Below, piece by piece: positions 37,266 through 49,647 of a stretch of 64,000 nucleotides of DNA; the first letter of the stretch is position 1, and each line of letters begins with the position of its first letter. The notes below the pieces were generated by a model. That model had not been told where the DNA came from and did not search any database. It saw nothing but the letters and a program-made list of their open reading frames with translations. The DNA is from Hormiphora californensis (Eukaryota; Animalia; Ctenophora): positions 2,976,001 to 3,040,000 of the forward strand of contig CM035361.1 in the NCBI GenBank assembly GCA_020137815.1. Reading direction: 5' to 3'. The translations under genes were made by a program, and so were the position numbers.

Positions 37266-40225
37266 TTAAAAGAAGGGGTTTTGTGACTGGGTAAACTCTA
37301 CGTAATCAAGAAAACCGTCTTTATTGATGTCGTCACTCTTCAGAATATCATCTATCACCTGAAAAATATGGTACGATAACATCATGAAATGGGCTTTTGA
37401 GGACTTGAGGTATTATACCCATTTGAACTCCAATCGGTACATTACAAACCCCATGAGGCCCCTCGGAAATGTTCAAGTCATGCACAATCAAGTCACGCCC
37501 ACCAATCACAGCTCAGAACGCGCGAAGCACTCCGCGCGTTCTGAGCTGTGATTGGTGGGCGTGACTTGATTGTGCATGACTTGAACATTTCCGAGGGGCC
37601 TCATAGTGGGATGTGCGTAGTGAACTGATCACATTTATAAGAAGTATTAATTTGTTAATTAGTAAATTAAGATAGTTTTAAAAAGAATTCAGACCTGAAT
37701 AAGAGCCTCCTCGTCCTGTATTCCGTGTTCACTAAAATGTGAAATTGCATGGACCAACTCTGGAATAATGGTCAAGCTTAACACGGTCATTAGTTAATTA
37801 ACTTTTGGTAGAAAATTTTAGAACTGCAGAAGCGATTATTCTTTCCATATACATACTGTCATACTATAACTGTACTGGAACAACATTTAGCAAAAAGTTG
37901 TTGAGTTTACTCAAAAAGTAAAAAGAATTGTTACCTAGCCCGTCCAAGCTCTGGCTATTGTCGTAATCATGTTGACGGAACCAGTGGAAATGCAGCTCTT
38001 CCTCTGACTCTAACGTTGTCTAGTAGGGAAATTATGTTGCTTAGCAACGTTGTCTAGTAGGGAAATTATGTTGCTTAGCAACGTTGTCTAGCAGGGAAAT
38101 TATGTTGCTTAGCAACGTTGTCTAGTAGGGAAATTATGTTGCTTAGCAACGTTGTCTAGCAGGGAAATTATGTTGCTTAGCAACGTTGTCTAGTGGGGAA
38201 ATTATGTTGCTTAGCAACGTTGTCTAGCAGGGAAATTAGGTTGCTTAGCATCGTTGTCTAGTAGGGAAATTATGTTGCTTAGCAACGTTGTCTAGTGGGG
38301 AAATTATGTTGCTGAGCAACGTTGTCTAGTGGGGAAATTGTGTTGCTTAGCAACGTTGTCTAGCAGGGAAATTATGTTGCTTAGCAACGTATTCCGCTGG
38401 GTTGCTCTGATCGACCGGGAATATCAAACCCCTAAAAACTAATTAACTAATTACCGCAGCATTTCCAAGTTCTTCAGACAAGTGGGCCAGAACGTGTTCT
38501 CTGCTGTCTGCCCCATGATCATGATGGTGATCTCCGTGACTTGTAACTGCATAATGGGGGATTAATTATATTTTTAACAGTTGGGCCACGGGATGATCAG
38601 GGGGAATGGAATTTTTTGGGGAATTTGAGATTTCAGATTTATTTCTAAAACCTCTTTAGGGTAGGCGGGGGTAATTCGGGTCACCTTTTTGATTAAAGTG
38701 GTATTCCCTTGGTTGTGGCAGAATGTCTGCACATAAAATCTATTCAATTTATCCAATGTGACACTTGTTAACATATTTGGACTGTTGAAGTTTTCAAATC
38801 CAACCTTTTTCACACATAAAAAAGCCCACGAAATCGTTAGTTTGCGTATTGTTGGTAAATCGGGTCAGTGGCTAAATCGGGCCACGCGCGTATTCAGCCA
38901 ATCACAGCCCTCGCAAACAAACACGTGACCAAATGACCCGAATTACCAACACAGCGTGTTGCCGCTGAAATCATGCGGTTAATTCGGGTCAAGTGTTTGT
39001 AATTCGGGCCAGCTGTTGGTTGGCTGATGGTTGGCTGTTTTAGGGGCCTCTAGGGGGCCTCTAGGGGCCTCTAGGGGCCTCTAGAGGCCCCCAGAGGCCC
39101 CCTGGAGGCCCCCAGAGGCCCTTAGAGGCCCCTAGAGACCCCCTAGAGACCCCTTGAGACCCCTAAAGGCCCCTTAAGGCCTCTAGAGGACCCTTGAGAC
39201 CCCTAAAGGCCCCCTAGAGGCCCCTAGAGGCCCCTTAGAGGCCCCTAAAGGCCCCCTAGAGGCCCCTAGAGGCCCTTAGAGGCCCCCTAGAGGCCCCAGA
39301 GGCCCCCTGGAGGCCCCTAGAGGCCCCCTAGAGACCCCTTGAGACCCCTTAAGGCCCCCTAGAGGCCCCTAGAAGCCCCTAGAGGCCCCCTAAAAGCCCC
39401 TAGAGGCCCCTAGAGGCTCCTTAGAGGCCCCTAGAGGCCCCAAGAGGCCCCTAGAGGCCCTCTAGAGGCCCCTAGAGGCCCCGAGAGGCCCCTAGAGGCC
39501 CCTAAAGGCCCCCTAGAGGCCCCAAGAGGCCCCTAGAGGCCCCAAGAGGCCCCTAGAGGCCCCCTAAAAGCCCCTAGAGGCCCCTTAGAGGCCCCTAAAG
39601 GCCCCCTAGAGGCCCCAAGAGGCCCCTAAAGGCCCCCAGAGGCCCCAAATCGAGAAGAAAGCATAAAATATGGGGCCAGAAATCACTCAAACTTGCTGAT
39701 TTATCGCAAAAATAAGGTGACCCGAATTAGCCGATTTGCCTGTGACCCGAATTACAAACATGACCCGAATTAGACACACTGTTTTATGACGTCATTTTGG
39801 TAAATCAATAATGACGTAATTCCTTCAAAAACTTAGCCAATAAGTGCTGAATTATCCCATTGGATAAAATCATATGTTTTCTTCTCGAAAAAATTCCGCA
39901 AATTCACGGGAATACCAATTGAATCCAAAATCGGGAAATGAACGATATTCCGTATTTCAAATTTTCCCGCCAAATCTTGATACATTAGAATGGCCCGAAT
40001 TACAAACAAGTGACCCGAATTACCAACTGACCCGAATTACCCCCTCCTACCCTACTCTCGCTATTTTTCAAAATGCGGGGGAGTGAGACATAACGTTAGA
40101 CTGTAACCGAAATAGTGATATTTTCATCTGTTGAAGGACCGTGCTCATGGTGTGATTGGCCCCCAATCCCCATCCAACTAACCTTGACTGGGTAAGAGCA
40201 CCAGTAACACAACTAGCAACAACAT
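37266..40225 (-). CDS. MCFD2: Multiple coagulation factor deficiency protein 2 (EF-hand ER-Golgi cargo receptor subunit)
   Basis: Exons 40225-40183, 38546-38455, 38019-37935, 37759-37695 and 37358-37266 give MLLLVVLLVLLPSQVTSHGDHHHDHGADSREHVLAHLSEELGNAATTLESEEELHFHWFRQHDYDNSQSLDGLELVHAISHF...VIDDILKSDDINKDGFLDYVEF*: a signal peptide, an EHxxxHL motif and two EF-hands typical of MCFD2. Confidence 0.92.
37453..37604. mobile_element. Perfect ~70-bp-arm palindromic MITE-like element in the last MCFD2 intron
   Basis: atgaggcccctcggaaatgttcaag...cagaacgcgcg / cgcgcgttctg...cttgaacatttccgaggggcctcat. Confidence 0.75.
38011..38390. repeat. 34-bp tandem repeat (~11 copies) reiterating the MCFD2 exon-3 acceptor
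   Basis: Unit aacgttgtctag(t/c)agggaaattatgttgcttagc; on the minus strand it reads gctaagcaacataatttccctactag|acaacgtt. Confidence 0.92.
38659..40052. mobile_element. Non-autonomous TA-flanked TIR transposon with subterminal repeats and an internal GC-rich minisatellite, in MCFD2 intron 1
   Basis: ta|GGGTAGGCGGGGGTAATTCGGGTCA ... TGACCCGAATTACCCCCTCCTACCC|ta; several TGACCCGAATT motifs; (GGCCCCTAGA)n at ~39042-39647. Confidence 0.85.
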
Positions 40226-40383
40226 CACTGGGAAAATGTACTGCAGCAGCTTCAACACATGGGATCAGCTGTACATCCCACGTAGACGATGTGTACATCG
40301 GAACCACATGAGGTGATGGGGGTGGGAGAGAGAGAGAGAAAGGAGAGAGAGAGAGAGAGAGGAGAGAGGAGAGAGGCGAGAGG

Positions 40384-40419
<36 letters not shown>

Positions 40420-40704
40420 CGATGAGAGAGGAGCGAAGAGAGAGAGAGAGGCGAGAGAGAGAGAGAGAGAGAAAGAGAGGAGAGAGAAAGGATAGAGAGA
40501 GAGAGAGTAGAGAGAGAGAGAGAAGAAGAGAAGAGGAGTGAGAGAGAGAGAGAGAGAGGAGAGAGCGTAGAGAGAGAGGAGCGCGAGAGAGGAGAGAGAG
40601 CGAGAGGCCCATATATCTCCGAGATATCAGTAGCGCTATAGTCGACGCGAGAGATCTTCTCTCTCTCTCTTATATGCTAGTCTCTCTCTGCTCTCTCTAT
40701 TCTC

Positions 40705-40752
<48 letters not shown>

Positions 40753-41356
40753 GATTCATTTCAACGGAAACTCGGGTTTCAGAAATTTAGTTTTCAGTCA
40801 CCGATCAAGCCTTCCATCATTACCAACCCTTTCAGGCCAATGCTCTGACAGCACCAATCCCCAACGTTATGGTACCAGTATGTCTTTACTATAATTGGAC
40901 GCTCAAGGCCAAGGTATTCATCATTCCGTGACATGGTATGTACAAATATAAATATTGTAGTTTTATTCCGGGAAAAAGCACCTTTTGGGGGGGGGGGGGG
41001 GGGTGGGTAAAATTGTGTTATCCTTGTTATAAGAGCTCTACACAGCTACTGAACTTCATCTCAAAGATTATCTGTAACTGCAAGCCTATCAAGTTAATTA
41101 AAAGAGGGGCAGGATCAGGATTCTCTAGTTGAATACATTTCATGTGTAATCCCCTGCTGTGAAGATACTGATGTGATATATCCGTTTTTGTGGATAATCC
41201 ATATATGTTCATTTGGTTAATCAATTAATTAGTACATTGGCAAAAATTGTAATTACCTTTATATAATTATACTTTGATACTCTGCTATTATAACAGTTCC
41301 AGTTTTCATATCGTAATATTCATTTCAATGAAAGGGATTGGTGACACATCTGCAAG

Positions 41357-44300
41357 ATGAAACCGTGGATTATATATTTGGTCCTGTTGACCACCACATA
41401 TACGCTGTGTCAGGTAATATTGAATCAAACTTTCAAAACACTAGTTGCTCATAATGCGTATGACGTCACATGTTAGTAGCATCACGCAAAATACAGTGAA
41501 AAAACCAGAAAAAGCCAAATAAACGAGTTATGTTTTGGTAAGATTTAATTAACGTTAATTATTATAATTAACGTACTGCTATAATAATAGCAGTACTAAA
41601 TATTGGTTAATTGCTATATCCACGTGCAGGCTGCTGAGACAATTCAAGCGCAAGGAATGAAAATGAAAACTAACACCACTGTTGGAGAAAACATGTTCGA
41701 ACTAAAAGGTATAGTACTATTATTAGTGGTACCTTCCCATATTACAATGTGAATACATATATTTATCTAATTACTGATTTAGTTAGAGGTATACATAGTG
41801 TGTTTAATCTCAGCCGGGTGGATCTATGCAAGCCTTGGCCTTGGCCGAATTGTATCGGTGATGCATGACTTGGTACCATTACTATATCTATTCTTGCTTT
41901 GCAATGTGAGATCAATCTCAGTCGATCTCACATCTAGCGTGTCACAAAATGAATGCCACACATTTTTTTCTCCGACAGGAAACAGTAGTGATGATACAGT
42001 TAAATTTGGATTTGCAAAGATTGTAGAGCTTGACGAAGATGACAATACGATTAACGCGGTAATTAACTATGACAATTTATCGCGTAAATTAATTGATTAA
42101 TAGATTAACTTATGTGAACTTATTATCATAGTATGTAACGGATAACTTGGATGCTATTCATTTGGTTAATATTATATGTTGGCTAATTTAACAGCAATTG
42201 TTGCAGGCGGGCCATTTTTGTGATTTTGAGAAAGATCAAGTAAGCTGTGCTGCTGGCGAAGAGAAGGAAGGATATTTGGAGGGAGTCAACATGAATGGGA
42301 CTGAAACGAAAGCTTATTACACGATGCAGGAATTCAGTTGTGACTTGAGTGATTGTAACACTAATTCAAGGTGGATATGTTACTCCATTTGTAGCATTCA
42401 GCAACCCTTTTTATCAAATGCAGAATTGTTATTTACCAAAAAAATATTTTCAGCGCAAAGTTATTAATCATTGAGCCCATTTTCAGCGCAAAGTTATCAA
42501 TCAGTGCCACATTTTCAGCGCAAAGTTATCGGTACGAAGCTACATCATGAAAAACAAAGCGTATCTCTGCCTGCCAAACTGCAACTCAAACGACACCTAT
42601 CAGGTCAGTTATCCACCTGGCTTCTTAAATATTTCCATCTGACTTGAATATTTGTTGCTTTTTATATTTATAGTGATTTGTGATATAGAATTTAACTTTT
42701 TTTCAGACTCCTGTTTTCCCTGGAACAGCAAAATGGGAAATTGAAATATCAAGCTGGAACTTTTGCAGTTCTGAAGAGTCAGCGTGTAATGGGGTAAATT
42801 AATATTCCATGATTTTACAATTAAATATTTCCATACCACTTGAAAGTACAGTCGGACCCCGATTTACCGGGTTGCTCGGGGGAAAGGGTTTTGCCCGGTA
42901 TATCGGGGTACCCGGTATATCGGGGTCGAATACCGTTATTGTTAATTTCCTATATTGGGGGAATTTTATCCTCCCGGTAAATCGGGGTTCCGGTAAATCG
43001 GGGTCCGACTGTATAGATATTATTTACACATGGAAACGAAATGTTTTGTTCAAGCTCTGCAGGTAACTCTGCCGAGCACTTTCTCCAGTATCTTTTCACA
43101 GATCAAGTTAGATATTATTTATTTTTTGAGATAACAAATCCTCTTTCACCTGCAGGTCGATGCAGAGAAGATGAAGGTTTATCTCACGGCATCGGGAGAG
43201 AAAGAAGGCAAAGAGATGAAAGTGAAGAGGAAGGAAATGGAAGTTTTTGACATGGAAGATGGAAATATTGCAGATTTTTGCAAAGAACGTGAGAATTAAT
43301 TAATTTGTGAATAAATATCAGTTCACACTTTTCTCCGTTTTATAACCATCCTAAGCTATAAACCCCGGTGGAGGACAACCTGTCAAATGATATTGTTAGA
43401 CAGTTTCATAATCATGTGAAGCTATAAAATTATTATCATTTCAGACTTTGACGACGGGTCTGGAAACGAAAAAAATGACGACAAAGGACAAAATGAAGAC
43501 AATAAAGACGGCGGCGAAAAAGACAACGGAAATAAAGATGACGAAGAAAAATCTGATGACAAATCAGGTGACAATGACAAGTCAGGTGACAATGACAAGT
43601 CAGGTGACAATGACAAGTCTGGAGACAATGACAAGTCAGGTGACAATGAAAAGTCGGGTGACAATGACAAGTCAGATGACAATGACAAGTCAGGTGACAA
43701 TGACAAGTCGGGTGACAATGACAAGTCAGATGACAATGACAAGTCAGGTGACAATGACAAATCTGGAGACGGAGACAAATCTGGTGACGGAGACAAATCT
43801 GGAGACAAATCAAACAACACGACAGAAGATGATGACAAATCAGGAGACGATCAAAAATCGGACAATAAAACAGAAGATGACAAAGACAAATCAAGTGATA
43901 AGTCTGACCAACAATCAGGAGAAAAATCTGGTGATAAATCAGATGACAAATCAGATGACAAATCTGGAGACAAATCTGATGACAAGTCAGGTGACAAATC
44001 AAACGAATATAAGACAGAAGATGGAGAGAGATATTACGACATGGAAAAAATGGAAAACATGGGTAAGATTAGAAACTTTCTAATAGAAAGTCGATGTTAG
44101 AATTTAGTAAACTAATGATGATATTGATAGGACATTATTTGCTGACCTATAATTAGTGATGGACCCCACCATTAATTATAGGTCCAACTCTATATTGAGG
44201 AGGTGAAATTTATACGGGTCTCGAATCTCTCAAAAGCTTCTGTCTTAGTTGATTTAGTAGTTTTATATCGTCAATATCATTACCTATTTCACTTATATAT

Positions 44301-47300
44301 GCAGTTCAATGTTATGATGGATGTGTTGCTCTGAGGAAGTTCACTTTCGGTAACGATGATTGGATGCCAAACATGCCTGACATGCTCAGTAAGTACTACA
44401 GATAGGCCCCGATTTACCGGCCCCGATTTTCTACTTTCGTAGACAATTATACTAGACTTTTCGGCTGCTATGGGATATCATGATCATAATCAATATCTGC
44501 AGATAAAACATGTTTTATAGATTTTGATCGAGTTGAATTGCACCTTGAACTTATCCTAGCGCCATTCCCAATACATATTCTCAGAGAGTTGTCAAAAGAT
44601 GAATGTTGATTTTTGTCCCATGGACATGGTTTGTCGAGTGCAGAATGTTTCCACGACTGCTGATGTAGTTGTGAAGGAGGACAATAAGGAAACTGTTAAA
44701 CGAGGGGACATTCTTCAACAAATATACACGTTAGTATAACATAATATGATAATAAATTTATCATATTATTTATTTATAGTGTGGGGCAGTAAAAATGCCC
44801 CCCCAAGTCTACCATAGTTCCAGATAATAATAGCCCTTAAATTTTATCGAATTTAAATTGAGTTGGTCTTTTTAAAATACCATAAAAAGTAAAACTCTGA
44901 TTACTTGTGTATTGTTTATAGCAATTGTTTATCCATTCTTTTTTATTTATCTAATCAGATGTGGACCTAAAGAACAAAATCAAACCGATACAAGTGAGGA
45001 GTGTGATAGGTTTGGAGATGATTTTGCCGAAAAGTTGAAAGAGACGCTAAACACAACATCGCTGAGTGATATGACTGTTAAGTGTTCAGATGTCAGTGCT
45101 TGCAACGGAAGTTCCTGTGTACCTGAGGTATGTGTGAAGCAGTCGGACTTTGTAATTCTAGTTAACTAATTGACTAATTATTACTAATTACCTGCACCTA
45201 GGACCATCAAATAAAACCCGACGAGAAGCCAGTTCAGTGTTACGATCAGTGTGTGATCACTAAATCCATGACTCTGGATGGTGCTGATGTTGTACAGTGG
45301 TTAGAAGAGAAGGACCGTAAGTTATGACCAAATATAGACATGACCAGATATAATAGACATGACCAAATATAGACATGCCCATTATATATCAAAGTCAAAA
45401 AAAGTCAAGACATGACCAAATATAGACATGACCATATACCAAATATCACTCATTACTCAATGTATGATTTGTTGTAGGAAAGTGTATGAAATCAGACGTT
45501 AGGAGGTGCGACAGGGGATTTGGGTGTGCCAAAGTTTCAGTAAATGCCACTGCTACTGGAGAGATTAAAGGTAAAAAGTTATTAAAAAGTTATTGGCTTT
45601 ATAGGGTCACTTGTAAATTTGTTAGTTACTGAACTACCGATTATTTACTCAGCTTCTGATAATATGACAGATCGACTTGAATTTCCATTTTCCAATTTGC
45701 ATTTGCTCCATCTGATATGACACAATCATCACACTCTGTATTTCCAATCTGTATTACTATTTACACTGTATTTCCAGCTGAGATGGAGTTGGAGGGTTGG
45801 TTTTGTGTTCCTGAGTCATACGACATGACCTCGGAAGAGTGCTCCGCTTGGAAGACTGGAATCAAGGAGGAACTAATCAATAATGAGATGCTGGGCGGGA
45901 AACTGAATAATGCAACATTCGAGACTCAGTGCAAGAAGGTAAACACTTGTTTTGTTCAAACTCTTTTTATTTTATCGGCTAATAAACAATCAATTGATTT
46001 CATTTTATCACTTGTTTTAAAACCTCACAAACAATAAGACAACTGACATATATGTGATCAGTCAATGAATGACATGATTTCATAACTCCACTAATCCTGC
46101 AGGATGAGATGTGTTTGGAGGATTGTGTTGAGGAGGAGCATGAGCTGGGGGAGAATGACGAGGAGGCGGTGGGAACACTGTGTTATCTTGACTGTGTGTA
46201 TGTTAACAAGTACAAGATGAACGGTCAGAGTATCAAGGGGGTTGTACAAGGTAAGTATTACTTATTTCGATGTCTTGGTTATCACTATAAATACCTAATA
46301 CCTATTCTTTTGCGAGTGTCTGGGCTTGCCTATCGTTGTGATAGACAATCGATGTTATCCATGACTCATGATTTATCCTTGAATTATTCAATTGCTTTAA
46401 TTATTAATTTGATTGAATTTAGATGGTTGTGATTTGTATACGGTTGGTTACTGTCCTTCGTCTCGGTATACCTGCTCAACTTATGATGTCAAATGGAACA
46501 GCACTTTGAAGACGAATGGTTAGTTAAACAGCCTAGGAGGCATATAATTATGGATTCCAGGAATCAAATATCTGTTTCCGATTCCTTAAATTCTAAGTTT
46601 ATTCCCTAATGTACTCGTTTTTGTCTAAAGTTCTAAAGATTAATCAGTTACGGCATCACGCCATCACAATTAAATAACTCCTATTCAGGGACGTCAATGC
46701 AGTTAGAAGCTGGTTTTACAAACATTGGATGTATGCCCTCCTTACTTTACTGAAATGGATGACGCATCGTGCAAACTGTACGAATCTGCTGTTGTAAGTA
46801 CAGTCGGACCCCGATTTACCGGGCCCCGATTTACCGGAACCCCGATTTACCGGGCAAAATCCTTTCCCCCGAACATCCCGGTAAATCGGGGTCCGACTGT
46901 ATATTAGCTAGCTATGATAGGTATGATGGATGAATTGAGTATTGACACCAGTCTGACACTAGAACTCAGGAAGCATTCTCAGTGTGGAAGGGTTATGGTT
47001 CATTCCCAGCTACCTAGACTTATTACTTCTGCACTGTGTAACACGCCATACCAATACAAGTTCCCAATTTCAGATAAGTGATATGCAGAGATCCAACACT
47101 ACGACTGTATCTGACAGTAACTTTACTTGTGGAAAGGTTAGTTTTAAAAAGTCGGTATGACGGTATATATATATACGCATAATTAATTGAAGTCTTTATA
47201 AAGACTTCAATTAATTATGCGTAGAAGTTTAACGGCGTACTTCAATAATAAATTTATAGATGAGCATGGCTTCAAATTGAAGTTCAATCTCGAACTGGAT

Positions 47301-49213
47301 CCGACTGATTAAAACTTCCTCAATTATTGCCTAGCTAGACTGTGTTTCACACGCCCCGCTCGCGAAAATGTAAAGAAGGGTTAGAACATAACGACTCAAT
47401 TATAGGGCAGTATAATATTTGTGTTTCAAATATGATTTAAGATTCTGTTTCCTGTGTCAGGTAACAAAGTGTACCGAAGACTGCATCAGCGATGAACATC
47501 TTAAAATCTGGGAATATGCACAGAAAATGGACGGGGCTAGAGAGGATATGGGTAATTAAGTTAATGAGTCGTTAACTAATTGTTAATTAATTGTTAATTA
47601 ATCAAAATGTGATTTGACGGGTGTTTTAGTGGCCCTCTGCTGGTACGTCTACTTTGTACTGATTTACATATCCTATATATAGGTAACAGAGAAGGTATGG
47701 GAAAATGCCGGAACTCCCTCTACAAATCTTTTGGCGATGAGCCAGATGATCAAGAGGGATTCTCCTTTGAGGGAGATAGCGCAACATCAAACTCTACATT
47801 CAGGTTCGGGAAGGATTACTTTTTGACAGTGGCTAATGGTTGTTGGTGAAATTGTGCTGTACAGTTATTATAACGGGTGACAACTAAAAATTGTTACTAA
47901 TTTAAAACAGCTGTAGAATTTTTCCCTTTTGCGATACAGCTTCGGGCCAGTGATAGAACGATTTTTCAGACAATTTTGAATCAGGATAACATAACGGCGA
48001 TGACTAAAACGTTCATTCTCATAGCGATATCGGATCATTTCCTCTTGCCCCACCAAAGCATATAGAACGGAGATTTGAAATGATTTATGTTATCAGAAAC
48101 GACCTTCCCGATGAGATAGAATTCTCATAATTGGAAGTCTGGTTGTTCATGCCATAATCAACTGACTGCCAAGTTTGAAGATTTTGGCTCATTGGGAAGT
48201 TGGGTTTCCACAGTCATTAATGTTTCGAGAGATGCCGAAATGGCGATTTCTCAAATTACCTGTAAACTACGCTTTGTTACAGAAGATTCTGATCAGGAAA
48301 TTGAGATTTATGAAGTTTGAAGCAAAGTTAATTTCGTTCAAAATTGTCTGAAAAATCATTCTATCACTGTCCCGAATAGAAGCTGTATTTCGACTAGAAC
48401 AGGCGCTAGAGGTGCTAGAAAAACGTGTAGATTTCACGTACTATATGCTTTGGTGGGGCAAGAGGAAATGAGCCGATATCGCTATGAGAATGAACGTTTT
48501 AGTCATCGCCGTTATGTTTTTCTGATTCAAAATTGTCTGAAAAATCGTTCTATCACTGGCCCGAAGCTGTATCTCAAAAGGAAAAAATTCTACAGCTGTT
48601 TTAAATTAGTAACAATTTTTAGTTGTCACCCGTTAGAGCTCCAGTATTGAAGTCAACTTGAAAACTAAGGTTCATTCAGGGTATTCTTTTGAATATGCCT
48701 GTCTATTAATTTTTACTTCATTTCACCAGAATGTTTGGTGTAGCGACCTTGGACGGTGACAAGGTTATCGGGAACGGTACCGGATTTGAGGGCCCAAACT
48801 ATCGAGACTGGTGGACACGGAGACGAGGAGAAAAACTATGTAAGTGGAGATTTCATATGATATTATGATATATATCGTACGATGAGATTAAACTGATTGC
48901 TCCTTCATAAACACTATCTATTACTCCTTCATAAGTACATATATTCATGATTGTTTCTTCATAAACACATCCATTATTGCTCCTTCATAAACACATCCAT
49001 TGCTCCTCCAGATTGTGGTAGCGTTTACCAAGTTCGATAACAAGTTTGTGTATGACCCAACGTATGATGTCAATGAAAATGGAGGGACTGTTGGAGACCC
49101 AGATGATGCTGTAGCGGAGGAAAGCACACGAAATGGTGCCAGAGCCAGGGGTACAAAATGTATTGTTTATCATACTTGTACCCATTGTTTCCCTACTGAT
49201 CAACTTCCAATGA
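41357..49213 (+). CDS. Secreted, probably GPI-anchored acidic protein resembling coral skeletal aspartic acid-rich proteins (SAARP/acidic SOMP), with a (GDNDKS)n tract and three Cys-rich modules
   Basis: About 22 GT-AG exons starting at ~41357, 41630, 41979, 42207, 42518, 42707, 43157, 43445, 44305, 44585, 44959, 45202, 45478, 45778, 46103, 46423, 46689, 47074, 47461, 47683, 48730 and 49012. Signal peptide MKPWIIYLVLLTTTYTLC; motifs VKFGFAKIVELDEDDN, LSVRSYIMKN, PGTAKWEIEISSWNFC...AC and VAFTKFDNKFVYDPT; hydrophobic tail VLFIILVPIVSLLINFQ*. The model needs three single-base corrections (~46742, ~48797, ~49150). Confidence 0.7.
42849..43011. mobile_element. Tc1/pogo-type MITE (CAGTCGG family)
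   Basis: TA-flanked TIR element in an intron. Confidence 0.85.
46801..46899. mobile_element. Tc1/pogo-type MITE inserted at the TA of a splice donor (gtaagTA)
   Basis: gtaagta|cagtcggacccc...ggggtccgactg|ta. Confidence 0.85.
47871..48646. mobile_element. Non-autonomous DNA transposon with ~195-bp inverted repeats; left end apparently truncated
   Basis: 47871-48064 is the reverse complement of ~48441-48635, as shown by the mirrored ORFs 47868- and 48450+; no clean TSD found. Confidence 0.75.
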
Positions 49214-49647
49214 AAAAATTGAAATGTTAATGTAATTGAAACAATTATTTACGTAGTTTTTTAGAATCCACCAATTATTTATTATGTGCATAATAAATTG
49301 CTTTGTAATTTTTGTCCGTGAAGCGTTTTTTAAACAAGTTTGTTAAACAATAAACATGTGTAGATTTAAATATTTATTAGATTTTTAGAAAAACATAGCA
49401 AAATCAAATATTGAGTCGTTAAAACGTATCACCCACCCCCAAGTTGGCATTATTCTCTTTACTTAATTGCCACAAATTTCAAAATAGTGCCATCTAGAAA
49501 CTCCTACTGTTTTTAGTTAAAATATGGTAAAACATTCAAATAACACCCAGAATAATCATCATATAAGAATGTTTCAGTTGCATGTTTCAGTTGCATGTTT
49601 CAGTCCCTGTACATGTACAACGTACACGTCACAAAAGACACACATGT

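Noticed and set aside
38011-38390. CRISPR-like appearance of 31-37-bp repeats (also 34040-34268 and 57686-57872)
   Set aside because: Units are head-to-tail without unique spacers, no cas genes, eukaryotic intronic context.
40325-40750. Arg/Glu-rich and Leu/Ser-rich ORFs
   Set aside because: Degenerate (AG)n/(CT)n microsatellite with apparent sequencing noise.
43422-44083. Listed ORFs 43448+ (MTSQVT repeats), 43422- and 43436- (CHCHLT repeats)
   Set aside because: Alternative frames of the 18-bp repeat; splice phase places the real exon in the (GDNDKS)n frame.
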